Below, piece after piece: positions 56,107 to 64,000 of a DNA stretch of 64,000 bases. Each line of letters begins with the position of its first letter. The first letter of the stretch is position 1. The notes below the pieces were generated by a model. That model searched no databases and had not been told where the DNA came from. It saw only the letters and a program-made list of their open reading frames with translations. Source of the stretch: the human T2T-CHM13v2.0 reference genome, Homo sapiens; the NCBI RefSeq assembly GCF_009914755.1, contig NC_060943.1. One strand, given 5' to 3'. A program made the translations under genes and the position numbers.

Positions 56107-56349
<243 letters not shown>

Positions 56350-57264
56350 TCATGAAAATGCCAATAATTTTTTTTAAAAAACAATGTGTTCTGTTCATAT
56401 GGATTAGAAACAATCTAAGTCAAGAATGCATGCAATATGTCATTGTAGTGATGAAACCATAGAAACGAAGAGTTTGTGATACAAGGACCATTTCAACCCC
56501 TTTCAGTTTTTCAGGTCAAAATTCCTTGGTATTTTATTTTTATTGGCATATATTTTATTTTTATTATTTTTATTTTTTCAGGCAGGATCTCACTCTGTTG
56601 CCCAGGATGGAGTGCAGTGGCGCAATCATGGCACACTGCAGCTTTCACCTCCACAGGCTCAGGTGATCCTCCTACCTCAGCCTCCTGAGTAGCTGGGACT
56701 ACAGGTGCACACCCCCACACCCAGCTAATTTTTCTACTTTTTGATAGAGTTTCGCCACGTTGTCCAGGCTGGTCTCAAACTCCTGGGCTCAAAAGCGATT
56801 CCCCAGCCTTGGCCTCCCAAAGTGCTGAGATTACAGATATGAGCCACCACCCCTGGCCGGAGCATATTTTTTTTACTTTGACCTCCATTGCTCAATAGCA
56901 ATAACAGGCAAACAGTAACAGTTTCCAAGGTATTTTTAAAAACACCACAGGGAGGACAAAATTAGCTGGAAAAAGAATTTCATACTTTCAGTGGAATTTT
57001 CCAATAGGAAAAAAAATACCACATCACATAATTTGCTGGATAGGACATCTCCTTGAAATAACCAAATCTGGAAAGCATTTTGGAAGATACCATTTCGTAA
57101 CAGAATTAGACTTAGTGAATTGAGATAAGAAGAAAATTTACTAGAGATGCTAGAAGTTCAGTTAAAAGACCAACAGCTTTTTTGTTTGATCTTTGAATGC
57201 TTGCCCTTGTCTTCAGTTTCACACACCTGGTCCATTGTTTTGTTTTTTGTTTTTTGTTTTTTGA

Positions 57265-57525
<261 letters not shown>

Positions 57526-58604
57526 TGAGCCACTGCACCTGGCCCCTGGTCCACTGTATTTCACTGAAGGGGGAAGTTTCAACTTTTACAAGCTCAATGA
57601 ATTGGCTCATACAATCCACCTTTGACATTACCCATCATTCCTCTTGAACCTTGACCTCATCATACGCGACATTCCATACCTTGACCTCATCTCCTTGACC
57701 TCATCATACGCGACATTCCACTTGGCTTTATATGTTGCAATGTGTACTCCTGCCATGATATCTAACTTCCATCTGACCCCCAACCCGGCCAACTTCTTCC
57801 TTCTCCAGAGTTTTCACTTGCTCCTCCGTCTACCCACAAGGCTCTTCACACGATGATGGATGAGATCACCTTGCTCAGGTCTCAGCTTGCACACCATCTT
57901 CTCAGAGTCCCTCCCTGACCCTCCGGTCTAAGGCAGTCCACACCCCCTGCTATGACCTCTCACTTTACCACCATGCTTAGCTAAGTTTTTGATGTTTTGT
58001 AGAGATGGCCTTTCCCTAGGTTGCCCAGGCTGTATGAGACTCCTGGCCTCCCCATACAATCCTCCCACCTCAGCCACCCAAAGTGCTGGAATTACAGGAA
58101 AGAGTCACATCCTCTCTCTTTTTTTTTTTCTTTGAGACAGAGTCTCACTCTGTTCCCCAGGCTAGAGTTCAGTGGCACAATATCGGCTCACTGCAGCCTC
58201 AGTCTCCTGGGTTCAAGTGATTCCCCTGCCTCAGACTCCTGAGTAGCTGGGATTACAGGCACCTGCCACCATGCCTGGCTAATTTTTGTATTTTTAGTGG
58301 AGACGTGGTTTTGCCACGTAGGCCAGGCTGGTCTGGATGATCCACCCACCTCAGACTCCCAAAGTGCTGGGATTACAGGTGTGAGCCACCATGCCTGGCC
58401 AATTTCTTAAACTTTTTTAAAGGGTAGTTGTCACATGGAGTCTGAAAACATATCAATGAACTTTTCTTACTGCGTTATATTAAAATACATTTTTGTCTTA
58501 CATTTTTTTCAAGTTTCCAACCCATTATCTTACATTTTGAATGGCTCTTTTACCTATCGATGATTTTGTAGCCTCTTGCATTGATCATTTAAAATAACAG
58601 TTTA

Positions 58605-58718
<114 letters not shown>

Positions 58719-58871
58719 CTAACTCATTCTACAAGGCCAGTATTACTCTGATACTCAAAAGCAGGCAAATAGACACATCGAAAAAGGACAATATCCCTAA
58801 TGAACACTGATGCAAAAATCCTCAACAAAATACTAGCAAACTGAATTCAACAGTAAAAAGATAATTCCTCA

Positions 58872-59324
<453 letters not shown>

Positions 59325-59981
59325 TTAAGATAAAAAATATTTCAAAATAATAAAAATGTGAAAGGCTAGTTTTATGCTAGCAATTCAAATAATTACATAC
59401 ATCCTTCTTTTCCAGACAAGCATCCTATTCCAGTATGAAGCACAGGGTTTGATGCATATGTCCCTTTGTGTTACACAGGATATTAAAAAGGTGTAATCAA
59501 GGGTTAAAGTTTAATAAAATCAATAATTGTTACTGCTTAAGGACATTCCTAAGTGAAACCACTTTTTGTTCTTGCACTGAAAGTATGAGGGTAACCACAG
59601 TAACTACCAGTACAATTTGGTTATACTGGTTTGATGTCCTCTGAGGTACCAGCAGATTTACCCATCATTGTTTTTGTATCATCAGTGCAAAAGAAAAATG
59701 TCTTAGTATAATTAGGAAAATTGTGTCAACCTTACAGTTCCTGGAAAGGGCTCTGGAGCTCCACAGGCCATACTTTGAAAACAAGTGCCCTAAAATAAAT
59801 CTTCTATTCTTCCGTATATTTGTAAGTAACACCACCCCTTTCAAAAGACCACTTCATAAGATTTACATAGACCTGCCCTGATACCTTGAGAAATTGATCC
59901 TCTCTGCTTTTGTAATTAACCTCAGAAAGCCACTCCTAAATCCATTTTGCTTTTCCTCAACTTCTACATTTCTGGAGTAGG

Positions 59982-60033
<52 letters not shown>

Positions 60034-60198
60034 TCATTCTTTTGACTGAATTCTAATTTCTAACACTTTACCTTCTCCACACAACAAACATTCACTTCCA
60101 GAAATGGCTAGGTAAGTCCTAGTAGAATTAACCAGAATATTTTCATCTAATTTTTCAAGTGTTAAAAAATTATTAACGCCTATTAAAAGCCAGACCCT

Positions 60199-60736
<538 letters not shown>

Positions 60737-60964
60737 TTAGAGAGTGAGTAATGCTGACGTTTGAGAGACATTGCAGGAGGTGGGGAGAGGCCCTGGGCTG
60801 GGACGCTGCCTGTCCTATTTGACATAAGGCAAGGAGGCCAGAACATCTGAAAAAAAAGAATAAAAGGGAAGCAGACGAGGTCACAGACCATACCAAGCGC
60901 CACGTTATCTAGGGCACGATAGGGCCAAGTGCCTTTTTGTTGAAGGTTTTGAGCAGATAAGTGA

Positions 60965-61219
<255 letters not shown>

Positions 61220-62093
61220 TGATCTGCCCACCGCGGCCTCCCAAAGTGCTGGGATTACAGGCGTGAGCCACGGCGCCCGGCCGCCATAATTTAATTAACA
61301 GTTTAACAACATCACATGAGGTACAGCGTTGAGAATAGGTTGGTGGAAGCAGGGAGATCAGTTAGGAGAAGACTGCAATAATCTCATGCAATGGGCCAAT
61401 AATCTAATGAGATGGACCAAGAAATGGTCAGATTCCTTAAATATTTGAATGTTAAAGCCATCAGAATGTCCAGCCTGACTGTGTTATGGGGGAAAAAATG
61501 GAGTCAGGGGTGTTTTCTAGATATGAGGCATGACCTGGCACCTCCTGAGCTGGAGAAAACAGTGCGAGGAATAGTTTAGATATGAACATAGGGAATTCAG
61601 TTTTTGGAACACATTGAGTCTGAGATGCCTGTTAGAGACAAGCAGGCAATTAGATGAAGTCCAAAGTTCAGGAGAAAAGTTCAAACATTCTGTAGAGAGA
61701 AATCAGGAAAGTGCTTTCCAGATCTGGAATCCTTGATTCCAAGGATATTTTGAGCTCTGAACTTTGTGATGTGTCCCATAGTTGCTCTGTTTTAGCATCT
61801 GTCTCCCTCTCCTTTTTTTCTTTTCCACTCCTTCCTCCTCTCTTCCTTCCTGAAGCTCAAATATGTCTTATTTAGTTCTTGAATATCTGTACCTTTCTGA
61901 AATTCCCAATGCTCAAATGCACTGAAAACAGCCTATTTTCATAATATCACATCAGAGAAACCGGTTTTCCCCTATCCAGATACAGTTAAAGTTTAAAAAT
62001 GGAACTCTCACAACTTCTGACAAGACCACTGGGTTTTTAGCCCTACTTTTTCCCCAAACCAACAAAAGCTCAGTCAAGCACAAGGGAACTTAC

Positions 62094-62118
62094 TGTGTGA
62101 ATAGGTGTCTTCGGCCAT
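62094..62118 (-). CDS. DUXA: DUXA coding exon 1 (MAEDTYSH)
   Basis: AGCATGG Kozak context; donor GTAAGT; phase fits exon 2. Confidence 0.92.
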
Positions 62119-62159
62119 GCTGGAAGAGAGTCCTGAAGGCTGAGCCACTGTCTGGGAGA

Positions 62160-62215
62160 CAAGTCACTCTGCGCAGAGACTGGGTTTTATATGCGTAGCC
62201 AGGTGGTCCCGCCCA
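62160..62215 (-). promoter_or_regulatory. DUXA: DUXA core promoter
   Basis: TATAAAA at 62191-62185 and GC box GGGCGGG at 62214-62208 on the minus strand, about 70-95 nt upstream of the ATG. Confidence 0.75.
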
Positions 62216-63518
62216 CTTTTTTAAACCATTTACATAAATCTCTAGTTCCACCCTTAGTAATTGTATCACTCCTTAGAAACATGTATCCTCCATCTAAAAA
62301 GGACTAGATAGGACCCCTTTCCGTCAATTGATATTTAATAATTTACACCAGTGTATAAATTATTACCAACCCCTACACCTAAGCCATCACAAGAAGAACA
62401 TTTCGGCCCATGCCAACTCACATACACAGAGTCATGCTCCTTGGCTCCCCCAACCCCCTTGTGGGAAAAAAATTCGTCCCAAATCACTGGAACCTGAACA
62501 GGGAGACAAGCTTGCAATAGTTGCCAATTTTTTAAAAAAGAATATTTTTGAGTACTATTCTGCTTACACATATTTTTCAATGCTTATTATATACATATAG
62601 TCTTTTGTAAATGGGGTTTTTATGCTCTCCACCTATCTTTTGACATAGTGGCCTCTCCTTATAAATTAAAAGTGTTATTTCTAATTAGTATCACATAAGA
62701 GTGAGGCTAGTGAGACAGGAACAAAATTTAAGGTGGTGCTAAAAATTCTGTGATCAAGATAAATAGTATTTGAAAGCAATGTATATTTTAAGTAATGTAA
62801 AAAGTCCATCTTAACAAAACATAAAGATTGTAAATAAAAAGAAGATCCCACCCTGCACGTGCACGACCCTGCAAGTTATGCAAGTGAGGGTACCTGCGCA
62901 TTGAAAAAAGATGTCTCACCATTGACCAGTCATTGATCAGTCATTGATCAGTCTTGAGGGAAGCTGGCTGGTGGCTGTCACTTTTTATAGCTGTAATCTA
63001 CAATAGTGCAGGATAAAAGGGAAAATTTTATTACATGTCTATATTTGTGTAATTTTTTAACTGTTATTAAGAGCACATAAAGAAGTGATATGAATTTCAT
63101 TTATTGATATATTTGACTATCCATAAATAAAATTTGGCCAGATATCAAGCCATTTTGGAGAAACAATTTCGAACCAGGAAAATGACATGAAATAACATTT
63201 AACAGGAAAATTTTACACTTTATTTAATTAAAACAATGATAAATTGTTTTTCTTTTCTGTATATGACATTTCATCACAATATTTTTTCACCAAATTTGTC
63301 TGGAAATCTAGAGCAGAATTTTCTGCTGTTTGTTTATATTGATGTTTATATTTTGATGTAAATTATATGTACATCTACTTGAACATTAGTATTACAATTA
63401 TAAATGTGCTTTAAATTAATTGACACAATATTGGATATTCATTATAATTATATTATCATTAAATATATTATATTAATATATAATATTAATAATATAATCT
63501 TGATATACCATATAACAG

Positions 63519-64000
63519 ATATATTACATATTATATTTACTCCAGTTAAATATTATATTTACTTTTTAGCTTTATTGAGGTACAGTTGACAAAAATGATA
63601 TATATTTAAATATACAATTTGAATTTTGATATACACATATAATTGAATCCCAGATTCAATTACATAATCAAATCAAGCTGATTGATGTATTTACCACCTC
63701 AAACCACACCCTTTGTGTGTGTGTACATATATATTACATTATATTATATTTACTCCAATTATTGTATTTACTTTTTAGCTTTATTGAGGTACAGTTAACA
63801 AAAATGATATAAATGATATATATTTTAAATATACAGTTTGAATTTTGAAATACACAAAAGATATAATTACCATAATCAAATCAAGCTGATTGATGTATTT
63901 ACCACCTCAAACCACACCCTTTGTGTGTGTGTACATATATATTACATTATATTATATTTACTCCAATTAAATATTGTATTTACTTTTTAGCTTTATTGAG
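63519..64000. repeat. ~208-bp tandem repeat (two full copies plus a third running off the window), L1 3'-end-like unit
   Basis: ATATTACAT(A)TTATATTTACTCCA...TAGCTTTATTGAG...AAACCACACCCTTTGTGTGTGTGTAC recurs at about 63520, 63730 and 63938. Confidence 0.92.

Noticed and set aside
63519-64000. CRISPR-like or other prokaryotic repeat array
   Set aside because: Eukaryotic context; units are contiguous with no unique spacers and no cas genes

Overview
Human/primate genomic DNA, very Alu-rich, recognisable as the distal PEG3 imprinted domain (chr19q13.43). It holds three intact protein-coding genes: USP29 (+, intronless CDS 23341-26079), ZIM3 (-, KRAB + 11 C2H2 fingers, 4 coding exons, 472 aa when spliced) and DUXA (-, double homeobox, 6 coding exons, 204 aa when spliced). 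Also present: a decayed KRAB-ZNF pseudogene (-, about 5.8-8.6 kb), two CpG islands, an old L1 lacking its 3' half, a young 5'-inverted L1PA2-type copy, a fragmented Tigger1, solo LTRs and several simple or tandem repeats. Points worth checking: (1) USP29 stops 10 codons early (Y913*-type allele); (2) an antisense L1 5'UTR ORF and splice donor could fuse in frame to USP29; (3) a ~265-bp, ~90% identical non-Alu inverted repeat between ZIM3 and DUXA; (4) an older inverted duplication with templated micro-insertions; (5) intronic fossils of the duplication that built the double homeobox; (6) DUX-like motifs multiplied by a tandem repeat upstream of DUXA. I found no convincing wholly new biological system; these are hypotheses from reading by eye, and repeat boundaries and family names are approximate.
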